Source: Balanoglossus misakiensis
Taxonomy: Eukaryota; Animalia; Hemichordata
Direction of reading: 5' to 3'
Length of the DNA: 64,000 nt
Assembly: GCA_040954595.2 (NCBI GenBank)
Contig: CM082590.2
Span: forward strand, 4,154,001 to 4,218,000
Part shown: piece after piece, positions 1 to 10,074 of the stretch
Position numbering within the stretch: the stretch's first letter is position 1
Layout: each line of letters starts with the position of its first letter
The notes under the pieces: generated by a model
Database searches by the model: none
Told to the model about the DNA's origin: nothing
The model's input: only the letters and a program-made list of their open reading frames with translations
Translations under genes and position numbers: made by a program

Positions 1-250
1 TTCTGTGTGAAATTTATGAATTACCTAGTTTGTATCAATAGTTTATGGCATTATAGTACGGGTAACAACTTAAAAAATGTAGGTAGTATCCCATCATGTT
101 CTTAAGAGTCTCTGAAAATTACAAGCATTAAACAACATGTTTTCGTACTTTCCTAATTTTTTACCTATGACACCCTTTTTTCTACAGTGTTAACCCAATG
201 GGGCACAAACATTTTGTTTCATAATTATATTTTTTATAACTTCTTGTTTG
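1..250 (+). repeat. AT-rich repeat unit (family A), cut by the window edge
   Basis: Direct copy at about 8410-8650. Inverted copies at about 7747-8000 and 8975-9198 (e.g. TATGAATTACCTAGTTTGTATCAATA is reverse-complemented at about 9165-9190). Confidence 0.85.
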
Positions 251-414
251 AATTTGAAAAACAACAATTCCCCTACAGCATAGAGAATAAAAAGGTTTAT
301 CAATTCTGAAAAAATTAGAACTTAAGCTTCTTTTGAAAAGATTTTACAGCAATTTCTAAACTTGGCCCATAGGAATACATGCATTAAAATAAGCTAGAAG
401 ATAGGCAATTTTTA

Positions 415-840
415 ACTTGGCGACATTTTTTCAAAAAGGTTTAGTTTTATGCTTATTGAAACAAATATCTTACAATCCGATACATGGTTTTGAAGCTTAG
501 ATTCTGCTCTCTCTAACCGCTGAAACCGTTTTTCAAGAATCGTAAGAATGAAATCAGAGAGCCAACGATTAGGATTAGTTACGATCTTAATTTGCACACA
601 CTTCTGGGTTTCGGCTAATTGTACGCACATACTTTTTAAAAAAGGCTTCGTTTATTGCTTATTCTAATAAATATCTAACAATCCAATATATGGTTTTAAA
701 GCTAAGAATCTTGGCTTTCTAACCGCTGAAATCGTTTTTTAAAAATCGTAGAAAATGAAATCAGAGAGCCGTCGATTACGATTTGTAATGGTTGTATTAG
801 GGTTAGGGTTTTACAACCATTTTCGGGTTTCGGCGACAGG
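415..840 (+). repeat. ~420-bp direct repeat, left copy (two ~205-bp subunits)
   Basis: TTTTATGCTTATT...ACAATCC.ATA.ATGGTTTT...GAAATCAGAGAGCC..CGATTA occurs twice here and twice at about 6995-7410. Both blocks end in TAGGGTTAGG...GGCGACAGG. Confidence 0.85.
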
Positions 841-1236
841 CTGACGAATATGCTTTTTTTAAGAGTTTGCTTTAATTATTTCACGAATCCAACATATCAT
901 GAGAAAGAGCAGATCTTGTGCTTCCCAACGATATACATGATTTTCTTATTTGTTTTTATTTTCAATACATAATTCATTGATTTTGTAGCACACTGTCAAG
1001 CACGATGCTTGCTATTGCCATTTAAAATACGACTCCCTAACTTACTCTTAATCTTACTTCCCACGAAACCTCGGTTTTCTCGTCGACGAAAACATTAAAT
1101 CTACGTTATAATGCATTAGAGATACAGTTTAAACCGCTAGCAAAAGGTACTCTATTTACTTAAGAGTCCATCTAAGGTTTTTCCCGAGTTTGTGCGCTAC
1201 TCCAGTCACTCATTTGCTCAAAGTATTTCGTCCGTC

Positions 1237-1412
1237 AACCGCTATTCAAGGCACTCATTCAAGGCACTCATTTCTTAAAGGTCATCATTGATTATTTTGT
1301 TCTTAGGTTCGTCAAGAGTAAACCGCTATTCAAGGCACTCTTTTTCTGTAAGGTCACCATTTATTATAAGGTTCTTTCGTCCGTCAAGAGTAAACCGCTA
1401 TTCAAGGCACTC
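1237..1412 (+). repeat. Clustered short motif (AAGAGTA)AACCGCTATTCAAGGCACTC upstream of the YR gene
   Basis: Copies at 1237-1256, 1257-1269 (partial), 1314-1340 and 1386-1412. The last ends 8 nt before the ATG at 1421. Confidence 0.9.
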
Positions 1413-1420
1413 TATTCACT

Positions 1421-3613
1421 ATGTCTAAGAGAGTATTTGGTAGTTCCTATTGTGATATTTCTGATTCTGGTTCACACTTGTCAGGTGTTGAAGCTCTTCC
1501 AGTTGAATCATCTGACACAGAAAGCATAGAAATTCCACCAGCTCGCAGTGCAGAGAGGCCTAAGCGACTCTTTCCGGCTAAATATTTCTATGGGTCTAAT
1601 AAGAAAAAGCAGAGGAAATCAAAACAGCCAAATAAACAGGATTTGAGGAAAAAAATTGACTGTCCAGTAGATGACTGCTCTGCCAAAGTGTTCAAGCTTA
1701 AAAGGCACCTAATGCAGATGCATGATGTCCCTGAAATGAGGGCGTTATTGATGACATCAAAGCACGCAACAATAAAAAGAATGGAAAGAGGGGCAAATCG
1801 AGACAGACCTTACCATCAATGTCCCCTCGATTGTGGTGCTACGGTTAAAAGACTGGACAAGCACCTGATGAATACTCACCGGTACGAGAGGGGGGATCCT
1901 CGTCTGGCGAATATTTTAGCCGACGCAAAAAAAAAATATTACAAAAAGGCCGCGTTAGAAAGGAAGGCTCGTAAACAATCAACCGTATCAAACGCATCTA
2001 AACAAAAAGAGCACAGGCCCAGAAGCTGAACAAGACGGGACCGGCAGGGCATAACGGAAAAAAGAAACCGCTCTCCCAGAAGCCCCCAGCAGGCCCCAGT
2101 TAGGGAAATAATCCCTGTAGTCAGAGAATCATCTGACGAGGAGTACATAGTACCACCTAAACGTTACCGGCGTATCATTCCCCCCGCCGATAGTGATGAG
2201 GGTGAGGTCGAAGATGTGAGCGAAATATTAAATTCGTTTGAGGCCCACCTTTTGGCTGCAGATAGAGGGCGCCGATCACAAACTTCGGCCAAACAGAATA
2301 GGTCTCAGGTAGGCCGCCTTTTCCAGTCATTGGAGTCCCTTGAAGCAGTGGGAGATAGACAAAAAGTTCTTAATTTCATTGAAAACACACCCAATCTTAA
2401 AGCAAGTTCCGTAAGGAGCTATCTATTTTCATTTGGTATGTTTTATAACTTTTGTTCATGCAGCACCCCACCTCTCCTCCCAGGCAAAGCAGATCTGATG
2501 CACAGATTAGTTTTAAAATGGGCTACTAGCTACAGGAAAGAGGTAAATCAAAGGTCTGCCGAATTCCAATCCGAAGTGGTGCACCAGCTGATAACACATG
2601 CCAAATTTAGATCCTTTGAAAATAGCAAAACGGCAAGAGATGCCTACAAAATTATTGCATCTGCTGGGAAGAAAACCAAAGTTAGCGAACAGGAATATAA
2701 AACTGCTAATGGGTATATACTGGTCTGCATAGCCCTGGATTCTGCCTAAAGATCTGGAGCGCTGCGCAATGTAACAATCCGCGACTTCAATAAAGCGGTT
2801 GAAACCGACAACGGTCATGTTGTTTTAGTCGCAGAACATAAAACGGCCAGCTCCCATGGCGTGGCACGTTTGGTATTTACCAGGCCTCTATATAGAATAA
2901 CATCACTTATGATTAGAGACTTGTTGCCTAAAACACCAGGTGGAAATAAACCCACAAGGAGACTTTTCTCAAGTTTTTGTGGAGAGCAGCTAAGTAGCTC
3001 TACTTTCGCCAAATTCTTGGCTGATTCCTGGCGGAAATCAGGAGTTTCAAAAAAGAAACTGGCAAGTACTATTTGTCGAAAGAGTATGGTCACCATGGTT
3101 TTAGACACCCAGCCCGAACTATCGAAGAAATTGGCTAGCCATATGAGCCACAGGGAGACGACCCAGGCATCCTATTATAGGATTGCTGGAGCTGTGCAGG
3201 AAAGTTCTAATGTCATGCAGGAAACAAGAAAAATTAGAGATGGATTAACATCAAAAAGTAATGCAAAAGCTGAAATTGATCAAACAGAACCAAAGGAGCA
3301 GGAGAAAGTAGAGCCAATGGACACTGGGGAGGATGATACAGCTGTAGATCCTCTGGAAATTGTGGATTCTGAATCCATACATGCACCCTCCACTACCGAG
3401 CAGTCGCACGTCTTCTCTGGAAGACGAAGCTTTTCAATAGACCAAGTTGAACTGATAGAAGGAAGATTTAGAAAAAACATATTTGAAAAATGTGTCACTG
3501 CTGCCCAGGTTAGGCAAGTAATGGAGGAAGACCCTGATTTTAAGGGCAGGTTCCATGGATATACGGTGAAGCAAATTTTAGACAGAATCCGGTGTAGTTT
3601 CAGAAAAAGATAA
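1421..3613 (+). pseudogene. Zinc-finger + tyrosine recombinase gene (YR1); one reading frame broken by two nonsense codons
   Basis: ORFs 1421, 2216 and 2861 share one frame and the gaps between them are open apart from TGA 2027-2029 and TAA 2747-2749. It has two C2H2-like fingers (CPVDDC..KRHLMQMH, CPLDC..DKHLMNTH) and a core-binding region (ASSVRSYL). Catalytic-type motifs are DSA*RSGAL (R), EHKT (K), ICRKS (R) and LASHMSH..TQASYY (H, Y). Confidence 0.85.
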
Positions 3614-3638
3614 GAGTAAACGGCTCTTCAAGGCACTC
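3612..3638 (+). repeat. Downstream copy of the 27-bp motif, overlapping the YR1 stop codon
   Basis: AAGAGTAAACGGCTCTTCAAGGCACTC matches 1386-1412 at 25 of 27 positions. Confidence 0.9.
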
Positions 3639-4069
3639 TTTTCCCGGTGTAGTTTAAGAAAAAAGTAAAGTTAGTTGTATACCAGAAAGCAAAAAAAAAA
3701 AAAAACAACACTGGCATGACACATGCAAAAATACATTAACAAACATACTGAACACACATTCATATGCACCAAACATACTTACACACACTGACATTACACA
3801 TGCATGCACAAACATGTTCTTTGTTACTGTTTTTTGTTTTGTTATTAATGTTTAAAAAGGAAGACAAGAAGACTGTTGAAGATAAGAAGAAAAAGAAGAA
3901 GAAAAAGAATGTTATTTGTTGTAAAAAAAGGCACAGAGAAATAAAATAAGTGTGTCCAGTTGGTGTCTCAAATGCTATGTCTGATATATTAAAAATAGAG
4001 ACATGCATTTGATATCCCAGTTGAAACACACAAAACCTCAGCTACAGAGAGTACAAGCGCATATTGGAA

Positions 4070-4360
4070 CCCTCAAAAGGTAGACATTCAAGAAGGAATA
4101 GGTAAAAAACAACAACAATAAGGTGAGTAAAATGTGTGCTTTATTAGTGTAAACATTGCTTTATTTAATCCCTCAAAAGGTTGAAATTCAAGAAGGGAGA
4201 GGTAAAGAACAACAGCAATAAGGTAAGTAAAATGTTTGCTTTATTTGTGTAAAACATTGCTTTATTTTATCCCTCAAAAGGTGGAAATACAAGAAGGAAG
4301 ATGTAAAGAACAACAGCAAATGGGTGAGTTAAATGTGTGTTTTATTATTGTAAATATTGT
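4070..4360. repeat. ~100-bp tandem repeat, 3 copies
   Basis: CCCTCAAAAGGT...CAAGAAGG starts at 4070, 4170 and 4271. Confidence 0.85.
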
Positions 4361-4866
4361 TTGAATAACAATGGTAAATGAAGTTAATTATGTGTGACCT
4401 TGAAACTAACGTTGCATTCAAAGACATTCAAACACATTTGAAAACTGTTAACACTTAAAATCCTAAAGAATTTTATGTTTTTCAATGTTAAATACAAGAT
4501 GAGGTGTGAAATAAACAATTTTTAAAAAAGGTCATTTTCAACAAATTATATGTTTTGTTTGATAGCCTATAAAAAAATAAATTGAGTGTGGTTGAGTATG
4601 TTTTTTTATTTGTTGTAAAAGGAGAAGATTTGCTCTCTAAAACTGTTTTCAGAATGAAAATCGGACATCATTAAGTAGTCAAAAAAAATTATTGAAAAAG
4701 TATGGAAAATAAATATTTTCAAATAAAGTTTTTTGTATCAAAAAAAATAATAAACTAAAGTTAACTAGCTAAAGGTATGTATTAATGAAAGATGTATGAA
4801 TTGAAACCAAATAAGGGACTAACCCTCTTGACCTTGACCTAACCACGCCTCAAAAAAAAAAATTCG

Positions 4867-5086
4867 GGTCCCCTAATGCCCAACTTATGACGTAAGTTGG
4901 GCATTGTGGGACTTGATGTTGGGCATTCGGGGACTTGAAGTTGGGCATTCGGGGACTTGAAGTTGGGCATTCGGGGACTTGAAGTTGGGCATTAGGGGAC
5001 TCAGGTCCCTCTATGCCCAACTTCAAGTCCCTCAATGCCCAACTTCAAGTCCCTCAATGCCCAACTTCAGGTCCCCGAATGCCCAC
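4867..5086. repeat. Fold-back (palindromic) 22-bp minisatellite
   Basis: GGGCATT.GGGGACT units at 4921, 4943, 4965 and 4987 are followed by about 4 reverse-complement units from about 5005. There is a further hairpin at about 4869-4912. Confidence 0.9.
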
Positions 5087-5090
5087 CGGA

Positions 5091-5846
5091 CCCTAACCCT
5101 AGCAGTGAGGAGAAACCCTAGCCCTAAAACTAACCCTAGGAGTGGGAGAAACCCTAACCCTAGCCCTAACCCTAGCAGTGAGGAGAAACCCTAACCCTAG
5201 CCCTAAAAATAACCCTAGGAGTGGGAGAAACCCAAACCCTAACCCTAGCCCTAACCCTAGGAGTGGGGAGAAACCCTAGCCCTAACCCTAGCAGTGATGA
5301 GGAACCCTAACCCTAACCCTAGCCTTAACCCTAGCAGTGAGGAGAAACCCTAACCCTAGCCCTAAAACTAACCCTAGGAGTGGGGAGAAACCCAAACCCT
5401 AACCCTAGCAGTGAGGAGAAACCCTAACCCTAGCCCTAAAACTAACCCTAGGAGTGGGGAGAAACCCAAACCCTAACCCTAGCCCTAACCCTAGGATTGG
5501 GGAGAAACCCTAGCCCTAACCCTAGCAGTGATGAGGAACCCTAACCCTAACCCTAGCCCTAACCCTAGCAGTGAGGAGAAACCCTAACCCTAGCCCTAAA
5601 ACTAACCCTAGGAGTGGGGAGAAACCCAAACCCTAACCCTAGCCCTAACCCTAGGAGTGGGGAGAAACCCTAGCCCTAACCCTAGCAGTGATGAGGAACC
5701 CTAACCCTAACCCTAGCCCTAACCCTAGCAGTGAGGAGAAACCCTAACCCTAGCCCTAAAACTAACCCTAGGAGTGGGGAGAAACCCAAACCCTAACCCT
5801 AGCCCTAACCCTAGCAGTGATGAGGAACCCTAACCCTAATTAGGGT
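5091..5846. repeat. Interstitial telomere-like satellite (CCCTAA/CCCTAG with purine-rich spacers), 160-bp higher-order period
   Basis: CCCTAA/CCCTAG hexamers are interleaved with CAGTGAGGAGAAA, GAGTGGGGAGAAA and CAGTGATGAGGAA. GAAACCCAAACCCTAACCCT recurs at 5461, 5621 and 5781. The array ends in the palindrome ACCCTAATTAGGGT (5833-5846). Confidence 0.95.
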
Positions 5847-6994
5847 CAAAGTGGTCCTCCATGTAACCCGAATTCAAAGGTCTACCAAAAAAATCATTAT
5901 GTTTTTCTAAGGTTATAAACACTGATAGTGATAGATTACAATAAAAATTATTTATTTTAAGTTATTGGAGCTCTAACCCTTGTATATTTCAGGGTGAAAA
6001 CAACTCAGGTAACATAGAGGATCAGTTTATCGGTTAAGGTACCATAATGGAATTGGTTAAAAGCATTTTGGTTGACCCTAATAAGTAATCCAGGTGTTAT
6101 TCAATTGTATAAGTGTCCCCTTCTACCCCCTTCAGGAAAACAAAGTGAAAAAATGTTGGTCCAAAAATGCAGTAAAATTCTTATACTTACTGTGAACTGG
6201 CTGCATCAGAAAAAAACGAATCTTCACAAGCATGATTTTTGGCATAAAAATCGTTATTTCACCGAATTTTGAAAAACCTTTGGCACGTTTGTAATATTTT
6301 TGATGCTAATTTTTTTATACCAAAATTTTAAAAATTCATCAAGATTTAGGAAAATTATTCAAATAACCAGTGTTGGGGACCACTTTGATGTTACCTGTGT
6401 ATTGTCTATGGGCGAAAATGCGACTTTTTTAAATTGTTGCAATTTCATTGTTATTAAACATACAGCTGTCAAACTCACATATTTATTAAAGTTGACATAA
6501 CAGATTTCAAAACTAGTTTCAGTTTTAAAATCGAAGGTCGCTAATGTGAGTTGTAGGTTACAAAAAACATACCAAAGGTAAATTTTAAAATTTTCATGCT
6601 TGTTTTGTTCGGAGCACTCCAGTTTGTTTCTTTCTAAAGCTTTCACTTTGATTGTTTAATATGTTGTAGATATGAAAATGTTTTTTTAAAAACAGGTTAC
6701 ACTTTTGAAATCGGTGGATGGGACCCGAAATTAACTGTATCCTGATTTTTTTTTAAATATACACTTTGCTTTGTTAAGATTATTTTTTTATTTTATGCAT
6801 TTCAAAGATGAAACTTTTGGTAAACCATTATGAGATGTTTTAGAATATTGAAAAGTTTACACTATTAAGATTGGACACCATTAATTATTTCAAATAATGC
6901 TGCAAAATAGACTGAAATAACTCCCATTGACTTAACATGTATAAAAACAAAAGAATAAGTTTTTGGGGACACTTGGAGATTTGTTTTTATGTTG

Positions 6995-7410
6995 AAAACT
7001 CGGCGAAAAATGGTTTGTTTTATGCTTATTCTAACGAATATCTTACAATCCAATATATGGTTTTTAAGCTCAGATTCTGGGCTCTCTAATCCTGAAAACC
7101 GTTTTCCAAAAATCATAGAAATAAAATCAGAGAGCCAACGATTACAATTTGTTACGATCGTATTTTGCACTCACTTCCGGGTTTCGGCCAATTGCAGACA
7201 AATACTTTTTATAAAAGGCTTTGTTTTATGCTTATTCTAACAGTTATCTAACAATCCAATATATGGTTTTAAAGCTTAGAATCTTGGCTCTCTAACCACT
7301 GAAACCGTTTTTCAAAAATCGTAGAATCGAAATCAGGGAGCCAACGATTATAATTTGTTATGGTCTTTTTTCGTGTGTAGGGTTAGGTACTTAGGGATTT
7401 GGGCGACAGG
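6995..7410 (+). repeat. ~420-bp direct repeat, right copy
   Basis: Colinear with 415-840. The spurious ORFs 412..630 and 6865..7170 give similar peptides (NRWLSDFI...KNH..DCKIFV) for this reason. Confidence 0.85.
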
Positions 7411-7454
7411 CAAAATCCTCAGTTTTTTTAGGTTAAGTTTACATCACTTCTGAC

Positions 7455-9345
7455 TCACTTAGAGTGGGCCAATCTTTAAAGTGTAAAGTGTTTTGAAATC
7501 GTCAATTACTGCTCTAAAACATGTTAAAGACCGGAGTTGGTATCTTTTAGAATAAATTAATAGGTTTGCTACAAAATAAAGTGATGTTTAAGTGATTCTT
7601 TTGTTTTTATGCATGTTAAAGAATAGGATAAATTATAATATTTGTGACCCTATCCTGATTTGTACAATGAAAGTAGCTTGAATACTGTTTTTTCAGGATG
7701 TATAGACATTTGAATTCCCCATGCTATAGTACATTATTTTTTTTGAAATGTAGACAAGAAGTTATAAAACTGTAATTATGAAAAAAAATGTCAGTGCCCC
7801 ATAGGCTTTACACTGTAGACAACAGGGTGTCATAGGTTAAAATTTTGGAAAGTAAGAAAACATGTTGTTTAAAGCTTGTTATTTTCAGAGTGTGTAAAGA
7901 ACATGATGGGATACTCCATACATTTTTTTTTAAAGTTGTTACCTGTACAGTAATGCCAGTAGCTATTGGGTCAAAATAGGTAATTCATATATCTCACAAT
8001 GACATTTTTGTTATATTGCCATGTGTTTGCAAAGTTGCTTTAAACACTTAGCATCGTCCAATTTTAAAACAGTTTTCTGTTTTGAAAAGGGTATAAAAAA
8101 CTACATAACAGATTGAAGAATCAAATATTAGGAATAAGGAAACTGCATTGTTCCAAGAAAGGTGCTGTCAATCGACAAAGTAGACAATACTGTTTGACCC
8201 CTTTAACAGCATATATTATAACACAAAATTGACATTGTTGTACCACTCTGGTTTCTTTATTTATTCAGCAATGAAGTTCACACTTTAACAATATATTAAA
8301 AACATATTGTTCTTTATAATAGATATGAAACAGTTTTAAAATCGGATAATGCTAAGTGTTTAAACCAACTTTGCAAACATATATTGCAATATAACAAAAA
8401 TGTCATTGTCAGATTTATGAATTGCGTATTTTGACTCAATACCTATTGGCATTACTCTACATGTAACAACTTTTAAAAAATGTATGGAGTATCCAATCAT
8501 GTTCTTAACACATTCTGAAAATAACAAGCATTAAACAACATGTTTTCTTACTTTCCAAAATTTTAACCTATGACACCCTGTTGTCTACAGTGTAAAGCCT
8601 ATGGGGCACTGACATTATTTTTCATAATTACAGTTTTATAACTTCTTGTCTACATTGTCTCATTTAGAGTGGGCCGATCTTTAAAGTATAACCTGTTTTG
8701 AAATCGTCAACTACTGCTCTAAATCATATTGAAGACCTGATGTGGTATCCTTAAGAATAAATTAATATTTGTGCCAACCAAAAAGTGATGTTAAAGTGAT
8801 TCTTTTGTTTTTATGCATGTTAAAGAATAGAACAAATGATAAAACTTAAGACCCTACCCTAAGATGTACAATAAAGGAGATTTAGTACTGATATTTTCAG
8901 GAAGAATAGACATATAAATTCTTTATTCTGGAGTATATTAATATTAAATAAATAAAGTCAAACGTTAGAAAAATAAAATTATGAAACAAAATGTTTGTGC
9001 CCCATAGGCTTAACACTGTAGAAAACCAGGTGTCATAGGTAAAAATTTAGGAAAGTAAGAAAACATGTTGTTTAAAGCTTGTTATTTTCAGAGACTGTTA
9101 AGAACATGATGGGATACTACATACATTTTTTTAAAGTTGTTACCTGTACAGTAATGCCAGTAGCTATTGATACAAACTAGGTAATTCATAAATCTCACCT
9201 GGACATTTTCGTTATATTGCCACTTTATTTTTGGCACACCAGTTGATTTATTCTTGAAGATTACACATTGGGTCTTGAATATGTTTTAGAGTAATGATTG
9301 GCGATCTCCAAACAGGGTACACTTTTAAGATCGACCTACTCCAAG
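7455..9345. repeat. Complex of direct and inverted repeats (fold-back-like)
   Basis: About 7455-8020 is directly repeated at about 8660-9220. About 7747-8077 is inverted at about 8326-8656 (spacer about 250 bp). About 9222-9345 is an inverted copy of about 8660-8790. Confidence 0.8.
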
Positions 9346-9660
9346 TGTGTAAAATCTGATTTAATAACATGCATCCACTGTTCATGTAATACATGGGCAA
9401 GTTTAAATTAGGGACCAGAGTTTATCACTTACCCTTAGCTTCATTTCTCTTCATGATTGCATTGGTTCATTTCGTGTAGATTATTGTGCATGTTAAAACA
9501 GATTGACTTCAAAAGTGCTGCATTTTAAAGTCGCCAGTACTTAGGAAGTACACCTATTAGGCAGCACGTTAAACCACTGCATCTTCTTCAAAACATGTAT
9601 GTATTTATTGAGTGCATGTGAGTGTGTGTCAGTGTTATGATAATATTAATAATAATTATA

Positions 9661-10030
9661 ATGTTACAGAGACGTTATAAATAAATAAGTACATTGAAAA
9701 TGATCTGTTGAAAAGTATACGTATTACATTACAACATTACAAATATTAAATAAGCAACTTAATAATAATGCTTTTCAAAAAGATATGTTACAGAGACATT
9801 ATAAATAAATAAGTACATTGAAAATGATCTGTTGAAAAGTATACATATTACATTACAACATATTACAAATATTAAATAAACAATTTAATAATAAATCTTT
9901 TCAAAAAGATATGTTACAGAGACATTATAAATAAATAAGTACATTTAAAATGATCTGTTGAAAAGTATAAATTCTACAATACAACATATTACAAATATTA
10001 AATAAGTTCAAAAGATACATTACAAAGACA
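9661..10030. repeat. ~125-bp AT-rich tandem repeat, 3 copies
   Basis: ATGTTACAGAGAC.TTATAAATAAATAAGTACATT starts at 9661, 9785 and 9911. Confidence 0.9.
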
Positions 10031-10074
10031 TTTAATATGTAAGAATAAATGTGTGTATATGTGTGTTTGTCTTT

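Noticed and set aside
1237-1412. CRISPR-like repeat-spacer array
   Set aside because: Only 3-4 copies with irregular spacing, the spacers resemble each other, the context is eukaryotic and there are no cas genes.
1421-3613. Stop-codon readthrough, selenocysteine or alternative genetic code in YR1
   Set aside because: The two stops are different (TGA, TAA) and each is explained by a single C>T change. Neighbouring elements are also decayed and the Roco exon uses the standard code.
5091-5846. Ancestral telomere-telomere fusion site or true chromosome end
   Set aside because: A fusion gives (TTAGGG)n then (CCCTAA)n. Here the polarity is opposite, with only one TTAGGG, and the array is regularly interrupted and interstitial.
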